A stretch of DNA of 58,153 nucleotides from an uncultured virus (IMG/VR IMGVR_UViG_2100351003_000006) (IMGVR_UViG_2100351003_000006), one strand, 5' to 3'; counted from the stretch's first letter, positions 8,451 through 18,794 are shown. Notes: generated by a model from the sequence alone, not told the origin. Numbers and translations are program-made.

Positions 8451-10664
8451 GTGGCGAAGACCTTCAAGAACGGCATTTCATTGCATCGGCTGCTCGAGGC
8501 CGCGCCGCTGGCGGCACTGGCGACATTTCTTGAGACTGCCGACAAGGGTGACTACGCCGCCATCTTCTTCGAATTGCCATGGCAGACCGCCGGCGAGGAT
8601 AGCGGCAGCGCCGCCCTCCGCGAACAACTCATCGATCTGGGCAACGAACTCCAAGCCGACGCCGCCGTTCCTCTGGATCGCCACGCACAAAGGATCCTGA
8701 CCCTGGCGGAAGGTCGTGGTGTCGAACCCGTCAACCGGGTCGCTGCGAGAATCTTTGAGCAAGCGCATATCGATGCGTTTGACACGCAACTCGATGACCT
8801 CGGGCGCAGCCTATGGCTCTACCAGTACGAACCCGCGCTGTTCGACGAAGCCGAGAGCCTCTTCTATGCTGACCATTACCGCAACTTCGGCGGGATGTAC
8901 GAGGCCTTCGAGCTCGACGCCGACACAGTCGTGGCTTTCGTCTGGGACGACAGCGTCAAACACGCACTGGAAACCCAGATCCAAGAGCGCCTCGAACTGA
9001 CCGGGCGCTGCACGGTGACCCATCTGCAGGTTACAGGCAAGGACCAGGCTGGAAAGGAACAGCAGCAGCATCTGGTCATCGTTCGCCATGGCGGGCCGTT
9101 GTCCAGTGTGGCCGAGTTTCGGGAGGCCGATGGCAGCCGAGGGGATCGATACTACCGTCCGCTGAGCGAAGCGACCTTGCTGTTCTCGCCGGACGAGGGT
9201 GTTCTCGAAGTGTTCTCCGCTAGCCCGAGTGTACGCCAGCAGGTGGCCACCTGTTTCGCAGAAACAGGCCTCAAGATCGATCTGTCGGATAGACCTCTAA
9301 CCCTCAAGCAGTACAACTTCAAGCGCTTCTTGACCTCGCTGAACCTGAGCACACCCACTATCGCTGGGTTCGATGTCGATCGGGTCGCAGTGGTGGAAGT
9401 CGACGTGCGCCCGGACAACCCCAAACATCGCGCTGGCCTCAAGGTCAGCATCAGCGATGATATCGAGGACGTGGCCGAGGCGTTGTTCGGCAAGGATCAC
9501 TTGTTCAAGCGGGCCGCCAGCCTCGCTCGGATCGTCATCGCCGTGCGTTACACCCAGTACGGCACCAAGAAATCCAAAACGCTCAACATCACCCTTTCGG
9601 AACCGAATCGATGCAATCTGCGCAGCAACCGGGATCCGGTACAGCGGGAGTTGGGCTACGCCCTTCTGACGGCCTGGGGCGTCCTACATCAGGTCAAGCC
9701 GCTCACGCTGGTTCAGGAACACGTTCTACTTCCGGCACTGCTGCAGTTATTTGATCAGACCAAAAAGGAGGTGCCAGGGCAGTTCTTCCTCACCCGCGGA
9801 CTCGATCCCGAGGCGCTGCTGGATGGCGGCTTTATCGAACCGCGTGGCCGCTACGTCAGCTTGTTGCTGGACGAGGATGGCACTACTCACGAGGTCAACG
9901 TCCGTTCGGCAGGTAAGCCCGGCGTGATCGCCTACGACCATCCGAAGGACGGGAGCACTGTCGAATTGCCAGCGTCGGCTGCCGACAAATACGCGATCAG
10001 GCGGGACTGGCTCGATGAGATCGTCCTCAAACGCCTCAAGGCGCCCCTGGTCAGTGCCGAGTTGATCAAACTTGACGAAAACCTCACCTACCTCGGCAAG
10101 ATCAAGCTCGGGGCAGAAGCTGCGCCTTGCTACCTGGCTCGTGATCTAAGGTCGCCGACGACCCTGCAGCGTCTCGATATCCTGATGCGTGCCCGAAGCG
10201 ACAAAGGCGTGGGCCTGGTGCTCTCGGCAGGTCGAGACCACCCCTTATGCCTGGGGCCGAACGTTATCGCAGCGGTAGCCGATCACTTGGCCACCAGTGA
10301 TCAGGAGTCGTCCCTCGACATCAACAGGCTGGCAAGCGTTTTCACGCAGGGCAAGCAACTGGCGCGCGGCGGAATGGTCGTAGCTCTGGTCAAGAAGGAC
10401 AACTACAGTGCGACGCTCTACATCCCCGGCAAACCGTCACTCGCGTTGGTCGGAGTCAAAGCGATCGGCTTTTTCCAGGCCCTGGTCGATGCCTATCACA
10501 AGGGATCACCTGCCGTGCCTACCAAGCAGTTGATGAGTGCTGCGGGATCCTTGTCGCCCAGCCCGCGCCAGCTCTTGGGCAACGAGTTCTGGTCATCCGT
10601 CGAGGTCGTTTACGTGGGATTTCCACCCGGGGTCAAGCGAGGCAGCTACCAGTTGCTGGTGTAG
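8451..10664 (+). CDS. Large uncharacterised phage protein (737 aa), possible C-terminal winged-helix
   Basis: Long open frame; GTG at 8451 preceded by AAGGAG; followed by an intrinsic terminator. Confidence 0.8.
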   Translation: MAKTFKNGISLHRLLEAAPLAALATFLETADKGDYAAIFFELPWQTAGEDSGSAALREQLIDLGNELQADAAVPLDRHAQRILTLAEGRGVEPVNRVAARIFEQAHIDAFDTQLDDLGRSLWLYQYEPALFDEAESLFYADHYRNFGGMYEAFELDADTVVAFVWDDSVKHALETQIQERLELTGRCTVTHLQVTGKDQAGKEQQQHLVIVRHGGPLSSVAEFREADGSRGDRYYRPLSEATLLFSPDEGVLEVFSASPSVRQQVATCFAETGLKIDLSDRPLTLKQYNFKRFLTSLNLSTPTIAGFDVDRVAVVEVDVRPDNPKHRAGLKVSISDDIEDVAEALFGKDHLFKRAASLARIVIAVRYTQYGTKKSKTLNITLSEPNRCNLRSNRDPVQRELGYALLTAWGVLHQVKPLTLVQEHVLLPALLQLFDQTKKEVPGQFFLTRGLDPEALLDGGFIEPRGRYVSLLLDEDGTTHEVNVRSAGKPGVIAYDHPKDGSTVELPASAADKYAIRRDWLDEIVLKRLKAPLVSAELIKLDENLTYLGKIKLGAEAAPCYLARDLRSPTTLQRLDILMRARSDKGVGLVLSAGRDHPLCLGPNVIAAVADHLATSDQESSLDINRLASVFTQGKQLARGGMVVALVKKDNYSATLYIPGKPSLALVGVKAIGFFQALVDAYHKGSPAVPTKQLMSAAGSLSPSPRQLLGNEFWSSVEVVYVGFPPGVKRGSYQLLV

Positions 10665-10695
10665 ACCAGCGGGGTTACGTCCAACACTCATCCAG

Positions 10696-10720
10696 CAGGC
10701 CGCCTTGAGCGGCCTTTTTT
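10696..10720 (+). terminator. Rho-independent terminator
   Basis: aggccgc-cttga-gcggcct followed by a T run. Confidence 0.8.
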
Positions 10721-10857
10721 GTGCCTGCGGGATTCAAGCCAAGCAGCGCCGATCTGGGTGCCGAGCGCCATCTCACTTACGTCTCAATTAACGGCGTAGA
10801 GCATCTCACGTCCCGTGAGAAGAATGGGTAACTCCTAAACGAACAAGGAGTTACACC

Positions 10858-11421
10858 GTGCCACTCGATAGCACTTACTTCAAATCGGCCATCAATGCGG
10901 CGGCCGCCAGAGCATACCAGATGGCAACCCGCTTCGGACTCTCGCACGCCGACCGGGAGGATCTCCACCAGGAACTGCTGCTCGACCTGCTGGAGCGTGC
11001 CGAACAGTTCGACCCAGACAAAGGCAGCGCCGGGACCTTTACCGGAATGCTCTCCAAGCATCGGGCGTCTGAGTTCCTGTACCGACTAACGAAGGACCGT
11101 TGGCGTCTGAGTTTTTGCTCCGGGAATGAGCCGGACGAGGGCGCGACAGATCCTCTCGATGCACTGGCGGACACCGACGCCGTGCTCCCCCAGTGGGGCG
11201 AAGTCACCAACGGCTTTGACGAACTTCATTTCGCTCGCGACCTCGACCACGCCCTCAGCCGGATGGACGACGAGCAGCGAGCGCTGTTCTCCCTGCTCCT
11301 TGAGCATCAGGACACGCCCAGCGCCTGCGAGGCGTCCAGCGTTTCGTCCGCCACTTTCTACCGCCGCCTCACCGATCTGAAGATGCATCTGCGCATGTTC
11401 GGCATTAAGGCGGCGGCCTGA
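10858..11421 (+). CDS. Sigma-70/ECF-like factor (region 2 + region 4 HTH)
   Basis: DREDLHQELLLDLLERAEQFDPDKGS.GTF (region 2-like); LDHALSRMDDEQR...VSSATFYRRL (region 4); AAGGAG RBS. Confidence 0.7.
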   Translation: MPLDSTYFKSAINAAAARAYQMATRFGLSHADREDLHQELLLDLLERAEQFDPDKGSAGTFTGMLSKHRASEFLYRLTKDRWRLSFCSGNEPDEGATDPLDALADTDAVLPQWGEVTNGFDELHFARDLDHALSRMDDEQRALFSLLLEHQDTPSACEASSVSSATFYRRLTDLKMHLRMFGIKAAA

Positions 11422-11519
11422 TCGTCGCCGCCACACCCTCCTGAGAAAAATTCCCGGTCCCCCGGTAAAAACAATCAGACCCCGCAGCTTTTCTGCTGCG
11501 GCCACCTGACGGAGATTTG

Positions 11520-11912
11520 ATGAACGCCTTCGATCCCACCTTTGTACTGGGCCAAAGCGAGCCGAACGGCCTCGCGGCCAATTTCGAACGTCCGCTGTAC
11601 GTACCGGCCACACCGCTCACCGAGGCCACGCTGTGCGACTGGATCGCCACGTCGCTCGCCGGCGAGCGCATCCAGTACCACCAGGGCCTGCTGCTGGTGG
11701 ACCGCTCCGACGCAAACAGCCCGTATCCGTCCAAGGAGCGCCAGCGCATCCATGCCGTGGCCAAGCGGGCCTGGCACGCCTGCGAACTCGGCCTGGTGCA
11801 TCTGGTGAGCCAGCGCGTCGAGCCCTTCGTCTTTCGCTATATCGCGGTTCGCGCACGGATGACCCCCAACGCATCGCAAGTCCGCAAGCAGCTGCTCACC
11901 ACGGCGCACTGA
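11520..11912 (+). CDS. Hypothetical phage protein
   Basis: GGAG RBS, operon position, IQYHQGLLLVDR and LVHLVSQR motifs. Confidence 0.7.
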   Translation: MNAFDPTFVLGQSEPNGLAANFERPLYVPATPLTEATLCDWIATSLAGERIQYHQGLLLVDRSDANSPYPSKERQRIHAVAKRAWHACELGLVHLVSQRVEPFVFRYIAVRARMTPNASQVRKQLLTTAH

Positions 11913-11941
11913 CCCCTTCACTATCCAAGGAACACGCCCAC

Positions 11942-12709
11942 ATGGCCATTTCGCTCTCCCAACTCACCCGCGCCAGCGCGCCGAAGCCGCCCCGCATCCT
12001 GATTCACGGCGTCGCTGGCGTGGGCAAGACCTCGTTCGCCGCCGGCACCAGCAATCCGGTCTTCATCCAGACCGAAGACGGTCTCGGCACGATCGAGGCC
12101 AGCCACTTCCCGATCGCACGCTCGTTCGAAGAGGTCATCGAGTGCCTGGTCACCCTCTACAACGAGAAGCACGACTTCAAGACGGCGGTGGTCGATAGCG
12201 CCGACTGGCTGGAACCGCTGATCTGGGCGAAGACCTGCAAGGAATACGGCTGGAAGGATCTGGAAGCACCGGGCTATGGCAAGGGCTACCTGGCGACCAT
12301 GGAGTTCTGGCGGCAGTACCTCGACGGCCTGAACGCCCTGCGCGACGAGCGTGGCATGACCATCGTGCAGATCGCCCACACCGACATCAAACGCTTCGAC
12401 AGCCCGGAGCACGACCCCTACGACCGCTACGTGATCAAGCTGCACACCCGCGCGGCCGCCTTGCTGCAGGAGCACGCCGACATCGTGCTCTTCGCCAATT
12501 ACCGCATCAGCACCGTGAAGGCCGACGTCGGCTTCAACAAGAAGGTGAACCGCGCCCTCGGTTCCGGCGAGCGCGTCATCCATACCGCCGAACGCCCGGC
12601 TTTCCTGGCCAAGAACCGCTACGGCCTGCCCGACACCTTGCCACTCGACTGGTCGGCGTTCGCGCAGGCGATGCCGGATTGCCTGCAAGAAGCGCTCGTC
12701 AGTCACTGA
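11942..12709 (+). CDS. AAA_24 / Sak4-like phage ATPase (recombination)
   Basis: HGVAGVGKT Walker A, VVDSADWLE Walker B, IAH, AKNR motif. Confidence 0.85.
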   Translation: MAISLSQLTRASAPKPPRILIHGVAGVGKTSFAAGTSNPVFIQTEDGLGTIEASHFPIARSFEEVIECLVTLYNEKHDFKTAVVDSADWLEPLIWAKTCKEYGWKDLEAPGYGKGYLATMEFWRQYLDGLNALRDERGMTIVQIAHTDIKRFDSPEHDPYDRYVIKLHTRAAALLQEHADIVLFANYRISTVKADVGFNKKVNRALGSGERVIHTAERPAFLAKNRYGLPDTLPLDWSAFAQAMPDCLQEALVSH

Positions 12710-12740
12710 ATCCCTGTTTTTACCGCAACGGAGAACCGCC

Positions 12741-13247
12741 ATGGCCTCATTTGGACACACCTTCGACGCCTCAACCGTCGAACCCACCACCCCCTTCGAA
12801 GTCTTTCCGCCCGGCAAGTACCGGGTGCAGCTCGTCGCCAGCGAAATGCGCCCAACCAAGGACGGCATGGGGCAATACCTGCTCCTCGAACTCGATGTGC
12901 TCGAAGGTCAGTACGCCGGGCGCAAGTTCTTCGACCGCCTGAACCTCGTCAATGCCAACCCTGATGCCGTGCTGATGGCGCAGCGCAGCCTGTCGGCGCT
13001 GTGCCGGGCGGCCGGCAAGATGCAGGTCAGCAACAGCGAGCAACTGCATCTGATCCCGATCCAGATCGACGTCAAGGTGCGCCCGCCGAAGGGACAGTAC
13101 GGTGAGAGCAACTCGATCCGTTACCTGTCGGGCAGCGATACGCAGCCGATGCCGCCGGCCGCGCCAGTCCCTGCGGCCCCGGCCGGCCATGCCCGTGCGG
13201 CAAGCCCTGCGGCGCAAAGCACGCTGCCCTGGAAGCGTCAGGGCTGA
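12741..13247 (+). CDS. DUF669 single-stranded DNA-binding protein
   Basis: PPGKY.V, GQYAGRKFFDRLNL, Pro/Ala tail ending LPWKR; follows Sak4. Confidence 0.8.
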   Translation: MASFGHTFDASTVEPTTPFEVFPPGKYRVQLVASEMRPTKDGMGQYLLLELDVLEGQYAGRKFFDRLNLVNANPDAVLMAQRSLSALCRAAGKMQVSNSEQLHLIPIQIDVKVRPPKGQYGESNSIRYLSGSDTQPMPPAAPVPAAPAGHARAASPAAQSTLPWKRQG

Positions 13248-13251
13248 CCCG

Positions 13252-13617
13252 ATGCCGGCTCCCGACTTCATTCCGCTGCCCGACACCGCGTCCACCTGTC
13301 GCGAACGTCTGGTCGAGCTACAGGGCGAGATCGCCTCGATCAAGACCCAGATCGCTACGGCGGACATCGCCCGTCAGGCCCGGCGCGGAGCCCTCGATGC
13401 GCAGTGGTTCCACCGGGCGAAGACGGCGCTGCGTTTCAAGCAGCAGGAGCTTGCTCGGGTGTCAGCACATCTGGCCGCGCTGGCGGGCGATCTCCCTCGG
13501 GAGCGCTTCAAGGACACGCTGATCGGCGTGCTGCGCGAGCAGCTCCCGGACGACACCTGGCAGTTGGCCCTGGCGGTCGCCCGTGAGCGGCAAGGCAGGG
13601 AGGTCGGTCATGGCTGA
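13252..13617 (+). CDS. Hypothetical coiled-coil phage protein
   Basis: Fills the operon between SSB and exonuclease; WFHRAKTALR motif. Confidence 0.65.
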   Translation: MPAPDFIPLPDTASTCRERLVELQGEIASIKTQIATADIARQARRGALDAQWFHRAKTALRFKQQELARVSAHLAALAGDLPRERFKDTLIGVLREQLPDDTWQLALAVARERQGREVGHG

Positions 13618-14557
13618 CTTGCCTGCCGTCGTCAGTCCGACCCGCGAAGCCATCTTCGCCGCCTACGAGGCCGACGCTCACCAGGGCTTTCGTGCGCACC
13701 TGGGTGCTTCGCTGATCGGCAAGCCCTGCGAGCGGTCGCTGTGGTACGACTTTCGCTGGACCACCGTCGCGCAGCATCCGGGGCGCTTGTTACGGCTCTT
13801 CGAGACCGGGCAGCTGGAAGAAACCCGCGCCGTCCGCAATCTGCGGCGCACCGGCGCCACCGTGCTCGAAGTCGACCCGGAGACCGGGCGGCAGTGGCGT
13901 GTCGAGGCGCACGGTGGTCACTTCGGTGGCTCGCTCGACGCCGTCGCGCTGAACCTGCTCGAAGCCCCCAAGACCTGGCATGTGCTGGAGTTCAAGACGC
14001 ACGCGACGAAGAGCTTCGTCGAACTCGTCGCCAAAGGGGTGCATCAGGCCAAGCCACAGCACGACGCGCAGATGCAGATCTACATGCGGCTCACGACCCT
14101 GACACGGGCCATGTACCTCGCCGTGAACAAGAACAATGACGACCTCTACATCGAACGCGTCGAACTGGATGCCGATTACGCCGATCGGCTGCTGGCAAAA
14201 GCCGCTCGCATCCTCTTCGCCGCGCGGCCGCTCGACCGGGTCAGCGAGGATCCGGCGTGGTTCGAGTGCCGGATGTGCAGCCATGCCGAGGTCTGCCGGG
14301 GTCACGCCGCGGCGGCAGTGAACTGTCGCACCTGCCTGTCCTCGACACCGGTCGAGGGAGGCTGGTGGTGTGAACGACACCAGCGGGCCTTGTCCGAGGC
14401 CGACCAGCGCGCCGGCTGCGACCAGCATCTCTACCTCCCCGACCTGGTGCCGTGCGAGCAGATCGACGCCGGTACGGACTGGGTCAGCTATCAACTTCCC
14501 GGTGGCGAAATCTGGCGCGACAGCGGCCGCCACAAGTACGCGGAGCATTCGCTATGA
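13610..14557 (+). CDS. Cas4-like PD-(D/E)xK exonuclease with Fe-S cysteines
   Basis: LGASLIGKPCER.LWY, GSLDA...VLEFKT, QMQIYM, CRMC.HAEVC. Confidence 0.8.
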   Translation: MADLPAVVSPTREAIFAAYEADAHQGFRAHLGASLIGKPCERSLWYDFRWTTVAQHPGRLLRLFETGQLEETRAVRNLRRTGATVLEVDPETGRQWRVEAHGGHFGGSLDAVALNLLEAPKTWHVLEFKTHATKSFVELVAKGVHQAKPQHDAQMQIYMRLTTLTRAMYLAVNKNNDDLYIERVELDADYADRLLAKAARILFAARPLDRVSEDPAWFECRMCSHAEVCRGHAAAAVNCRTCLSSTPVEGGWWCERHQRALSEADQRAGCDQHLYLPDLVPCEQIDAGTDWVSYQLPGGEIWRDSGRHKYAEHSL

Positions 14558-16128
14558 CCCTGACCGTGCGGCCGTACCAACAGGCGGCCATCGATGGCAT
14601 CTACCAGTATTTTGAGGGGGAGACCGGAAATCCCCTGGTCATCATCCCGACCGCTGGCGGCAAGTCCCTGGTGATGGCCCGCTTCATCGAAGGCGTGCTG
14701 AAAGCGTTTGCGGACCAGCGCATTCTCGTCGTGACGCACGTCCGCGAGCTGATCGAGCAGAACTACCGCGAACTGATCCGGCTCTGGCCGCAGGCGCCGG
14801 CCGGCATCTACTCGGCGGGACTCAAGCAGCGAGACATCAGGGCGCGCATCCTGTTTGCCGGCATCCAGTCGATCCACAAGCGCGTCTATGACGTGCAGCA
14901 GTGCGACTTGGTATTGATCGACGAAGCGCACCTGATCCCGCGCTCGTCGAACACCCTGTACCGGCGCTTCCTCGACGGTTTGACGCGCATCAACCCGCTG
15001 CTCAAGGTGATCGGTTTCACGGCCACGCCGTACCGCCTGGACTCCGGACGGCTCCACGAGGGCGATGGCGCGATCTTCACCGACATCGCCTACGAGGTGT
15101 CGGTACGCGACCTGATCGACCAGGGCTATCTGTCGCCGCTGGTCTCCAAGCGCATGGCGACGCAACTCGATGTCGGCGGCGTGGGCACCCGTGGCGGCGA
15201 GTTTATTGCGCGCGAGTTACACGCCGCTGTCGACCGGGAGGCGATTACCCAAAGTGCCGTGGCCGAGATCGTCGCCTACGGTCAGGATCGCCGCTCGTGG
15301 TTAGTCTTCTGCGCCGGTGTCGAGCACGCGCGACATGTGCGTGACGCGATCCGCACGCAGGGCATCCGGTGCGAGACCATCGTCGGCGAGACGTCCAGCG
15401 CCGAGCGCGAGTCGCTGATCGAGGCCTTCAAGGGCGGCAAGATCCGCTGCCTGACCAACGCCAACGTGCTCACCACCGGTTTCAATGCCCCCGGGGTTGA
15501 TCTGATTGCGATGCTGCGACCGACGAAGTCGGCGGGGCTGTACGTGCAGATCGTCGGTCGCGGCTGCCGGCTGGCGCCGGGCAAGAGCGACTGCCTGGTC
15601 CTGGACTTCGCCGGCAACATCGCCCGTCACGGACCGATCGATGCGATCAAGCCGAAACGTCCCAGCGAGGGCGACGGCGACGCGCCGATCAAGGTGTGCC
15701 CGGACTGCGCCAGCAACGTTCATGCGGCGGCACGCGAGTGCCCTGAGTGCGGGCACGCCTTTCCCCCGCCCGCGCCAATGATCGAGGCCCGGGCCAGTAC
15801 GCTCGAGGTGCTCTCAAGCCTGGTCAAGCCCGAGTGGGTGGCGGTGAGCCAGGTTTGCTACGCACGCCACGAGAAGCCCGGCAAGCCGCCCTCGCTGCGC
15901 GTCGAGTACTGGTGCGGCCTGTCGGCCCATCACGAGTGGATCTGCGTCGAGCATGCCGGCTACCCGCGCCAGAAAGCAGCGACCTGGTGGGCCGCGCGCG
16001 CACCCGGTACGGCCTTACCGAAAAGCGTCGACGAGGCGCTCCAACACGCACCGGCTTTGCGGCAACCGGCCGAGATCGCGGTCCGCCCGAGCGGGCGCTA
16101 CACCGAAGTCGTGGCGGCGCGCTTCTGA
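14554..16128 (+). CDS. SF2 DEAD/DEAH-box helicase with C-terminal Zn finger
   Basis: RPYQ, PTAGGKS, DEAH, TAT, LTTGFNAP, QIVGRGCR, CPDC...CPEC. Confidence 0.92.
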   Translation: MTLTVRPYQQAAIDGIYQYFEGETGNPLVIIPTAGGKSLVMARFIEGVLKAFADQRILVVTHVRELIEQNYRELIRLWPQAPAGIYSAGLKQRDIRARILFAGIQSIHKRVYDVQQCDLVLIDEAHLIPRSSNTLYRRFLDGLTRINPLLKVIGFTATPYRLDSGRLHEGDGAIFTDIAYEVSVRDLIDQGYLSPLVSKRMATQLDVGGVGTRGGEFIARELHAAVDREAITQSAVAEIVAYGQDRRSWLVFCAGVEHARHVRDAIRTQGIRCETIVGETSSAERESLIEAFKGGKIRCLTNANVLTTGFNAPGVDLIAMLRPTKSAGLYVQIVGRGCRLAPGKSDCLVLDFAGNIARHGPIDAIKPKRPSEGDGDAPIKVCPDCASNVHAAARECPECGHAFPPPAPMIEARASTLEVLSSLVKPEWVAVSQVCYARHEKPGKPPSLRVEYWCGLSAHHEWICVEHAGYPRQKAATWWAARAPGTALPKSVDEALQHAPALRQPAEIAVRPSGRYTEVVAARF

Positions 16129-16451
16129 TGCTCTGCGACGTGTGCCGCCGCGACTACCGTGGTTTTGGTTACTCACCCCGTCTGACCCGCCAGAGCGGCC
16201 CCGATCTGTGGGCTTGTTCGATGCGGTGTCTGGGCATTATCGGGAGGCTCAAAGGAATGATCGACCCCAATGAACATGAAGAAGCCGCACTGCGTCAGGC
16301 CAGCGCCTTGGGCGGCGAGTACGTCGAATCGCTCGGCCGCACCAATCTGGCCCAGTGGTCGGAGCACGAATGGTCGACGCTGATCGACGTCGTGGTCACC
16401 GCTTTCCAGGATCACCTGCGGGACGCCTACACCCAAGACCCGCCGTTTTGA
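16128..16451 (+). CDS. DUF6511-like small phage protein
   Basis: CDVC...CSMRC N-terminus, GGEYVESLGRTNLAQWS; TGATG-coupled to the helicase. Confidence 0.65.
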   Translation: MLCDVCRRDYRGFGYSPRLTRQSGPDLWACSMRCLGIIGRLKGMIDPNEHEEAALRQASALGGEYVESLGRTNLAQWSEHEWSTLIDVVVTAFQDHLRDAYTQDPPF

Positions 16452-16460
16452 GGAGGAGCC

Positions 16461-18779
16461 ATGACCGCTTCCAGTTTCATGGCGCAGTTGGGCGCCAAAC
16501 TCGTCGACGGCGGGTTTCCGATCTTGCCGATTCAGCCCGGTACCAAGAAGCCGGGCGTGTTTCGCCGAGGGACTTGGCACGACTACCCGGCGTGGAGTCG
16601 CCATTGCACGCGCGACACCACCGAGCACGAGATTGACGTCTGGGGCGACTGGCCGGATGCCGGCATCGGCGTCGCTGCGGGACGAGTGATCGGTATCGAT
16701 ATTGATGTACTCAGCGATCCCCGGTTGGCCAAGCGCATCGAGGTCCTGGCCCGCGAGATGCTGGGCGACACGCCGGCCTTGCGGATTGGGCGTGCGCCCA
16801 AACGCCTGCTGGTCTATCGCGCCGAACAGCCCTTCAAGGGGTTCAAGTTGCCGCCGATCGACGTGCTGGGCCTGGGCCAGCAGTTCGTCGCTTACGGCAT
16901 CCATCCAGAAACCGGGCAACCCTACGACTGGCCGCTGGACACGCTGGCCGAGATCGCCATCGACGATCTGCCGGCGATCACCGAGGCGCAGGCGCACGCT
17001 TTTGCCACGGCAGCGATCGCGCTGGTGCCGCCTGAACTGCGGCCGGCGCGGCTGCCGCACCTTCAAGGCGCTGAAACAGCCGCTGGCGGGGTTGGGGAAC
17101 AGCGCGGCACGCTCGAGGCGGTGACCGAGGCGCTGCGCTTCATCGCGAACGATGACCTCGACTACGACAGTTGGGTGCGCATAGGGCTGGCCATCAAGGG
17201 CGCGCTCGGTGATGACGGCTGGCCGCTGTTCGAGAGCTGGTCGGGGCGGGCCGCGAAGGATGTTCCTGAGACGACCGTGAAAGCCTGGAAAGGCATGAAG
17301 CCGAGCCGCATCGGGGCGGGCACGCTCTACAAACTGGCGCTTGAGGCAGGCTGGGAGCCTGCCGCGACGCTACCTCTCAACGGAACGCTGGCGCTGAACG
17401 GGGAGCATCCGGCGAAGGCGATGCTGCAGTCCCTGGGAAGATCGACGCCGATCACTGCGAGCGCGTCAACGAACGCCGCGCAGACGAACCCGCCCAAGGC
17501 GCCACCCATGCCTGCCGGCTGGAATCAGGTCGGCGGAGTACTCGCCGACCTGATTCAACTGATGACGAGCAGTGCCAAGCGACCGCAACCGGTGCTCGCA
17601 TTGGGCGCCTCGCTGACCGCCGTCGGAGCCTTGATGGGGCGGAAGTACCGCACGCAGAGCAATATTCGCTCGAACCTCTATGTGGTCGGAATCGCCGAGA
17701 GTGGTGCGGGCAAGAACCACAGCCGCGTGGTGATCATTGAACTGTTGAGCCGGGCCGGGCTGCTGCAGTACCTGGGGGGCAACAAGATCGCCTCGGGCGC
17801 GGGCCTCCTGGCCGGGCTTCGCCGCCAGCCAGCCATTCTCTTCCAGTTGGACGAGTTCGGCATGTTCCTATCGGCTGCCGCGGATCGCAAGCGTTCGCCG
17901 CGCTATCTGTGCGAGGTGCTCGATTTGTTGACTGAGCTGTACACGACCTCAGGCACCACGTATTTCGGTGTGGAGTATGCGCACAGCCAGGCCGAGGCGG
18001 CGCATCGGGCGACCCATCAACCCTGCGTGTGCATTTACGGCACGACGACACCGCTACACTTCTGGCAGGCGCTTCAGGCGACCAACATCGCCGATGGCTC
18101 GTTGGCGCGGTTCCTGATTCTTCAGAGCGAGGAGGACTTTCCGGACAGCAACGAAGACTTTGGCCTCATCGATCCGCCGCAGGAATTGATCGATCGCCTG
18201 CGGTTGATCCATCAAGGCGGTGGCAAGCTCAATGGCAACCTGGCCGACGTGGGTGCGGTCGACGAGGTATCCCCCCTTCCTCGAACCGTACCGACCAATG
18301 CCCAGGCCAAGGGCGTCTTCCAGGCGCTCGACCACGACTTGCTGAACGAACTGCGCGCCGCGCACGGCACCGGCTTCGCATCAATCCTGGCGCGCATCGA
18401 GGAGAACGCCACCAAGCTGGCGCTGATCCGCGCGGTGTCGCGCGATGCCGTGGATCCGGAGATCACCGGCGACGACGCCGAGTGGGGCATCCTGATCGCA
18501 CGGCACTGCGCCGGACAGACGATTCGCGAAGCGTCGATGCGCGTTTCGGAGAACGTCATTGAGTCGAATCACAAGCGCGCGCTGCAAATACTTCAAGCGT
18601 CCGGACCGGTTGGGATGGCCAAGAGCGAGTTCACGCGCCGCACGCAGTTCATGGATGCGCGTCAGCGAGACGGCGTGCTGAAGACGCTACTGGACGCACA
18701 GATGATCGAGATTGAAATGATTCAAGGACCACGGCGCCCGATGAACTTGATAAAAGCACTTGAAAACAGTGGGTTGTGA
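16461..18779 (+). CDS. Primase-polymerase / PriCT-2 / DUF3987-type helicase fusion
   Basis: IGIDID prim-pol motif, YDSWVRIGLAIK PriCT-2, AESGAGKN and QLDEFG P-loop motifs. Confidence 0.85.
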   Translation: MTASSFMAQLGAKLVDGGFPILPIQPGTKKPGVFRRGTWHDYPAWSRHCTRDTTEHEIDVWGDWPDAGIGVAAGRVIGIDIDVLSDPRLAKRIEVLAREMLGDTPALRIGRAPKRLLVYRAEQPFKGFKLPPIDVLGLGQQFVAYGIHPETGQPYDWPLDTLAEIAIDDLPAITEAQAHAFATAAIALVPPELRPARLPHLQGAETAAGGVGEQRGTLEAVTEALRFIANDDLDYDSWVRIGLAIKGALGDDGWPLFESWSGRAAKDVPETTVKAWKGMKPSRIGAGTLYKLALEAGWEPAATLPLNGTLALNGEHPAKAMLQSLGRSTPITASASTNAAQTNPPKAPPMPAGWNQVGGVLADLIQLMTSSAKRPQPVLALGASLTAVGALMGRKYRTQSNIRSNLYVVGIAESGAGKNHSRVVIIELLSRAGLLQYLGGNKIASGAGLLAGLRRQPAILFQLDEFGMFLSAAADRKRSPRYLCEVLDLLTELYTTSGTTYFGVEYAHSQAEAAHRATHQPCVCIYGTTTPLHFWQALQATNIADGSLARFLILQSEEDFPDSNEDFGLIDPPQELIDRLRLIHQGGGKLNGNLADVGAVDEVSPLPRTVPTNAQAKGVFQALDHDLLNELRAAHGTGFASILARIEENATKLALIRAVSRDAVDPEITGDDAEWGILIARHCAGQTIREASMRVSENVIESNHKRALQILQASGPVGMAKSEFTRRTQFMDARQRDGVLKTLLDAQMIEIEMIQGPRRPMNLIKALENSGL

Positions 18780-18794
18780 AGGTCGCGAGGAACA

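Noticed and set aside
13610..14557. Cas4-like gene as evidence of a CRISPR-Cas system
   Set aside because: No cas1/cas2 or array; it lies in a standard phage recombination operon.
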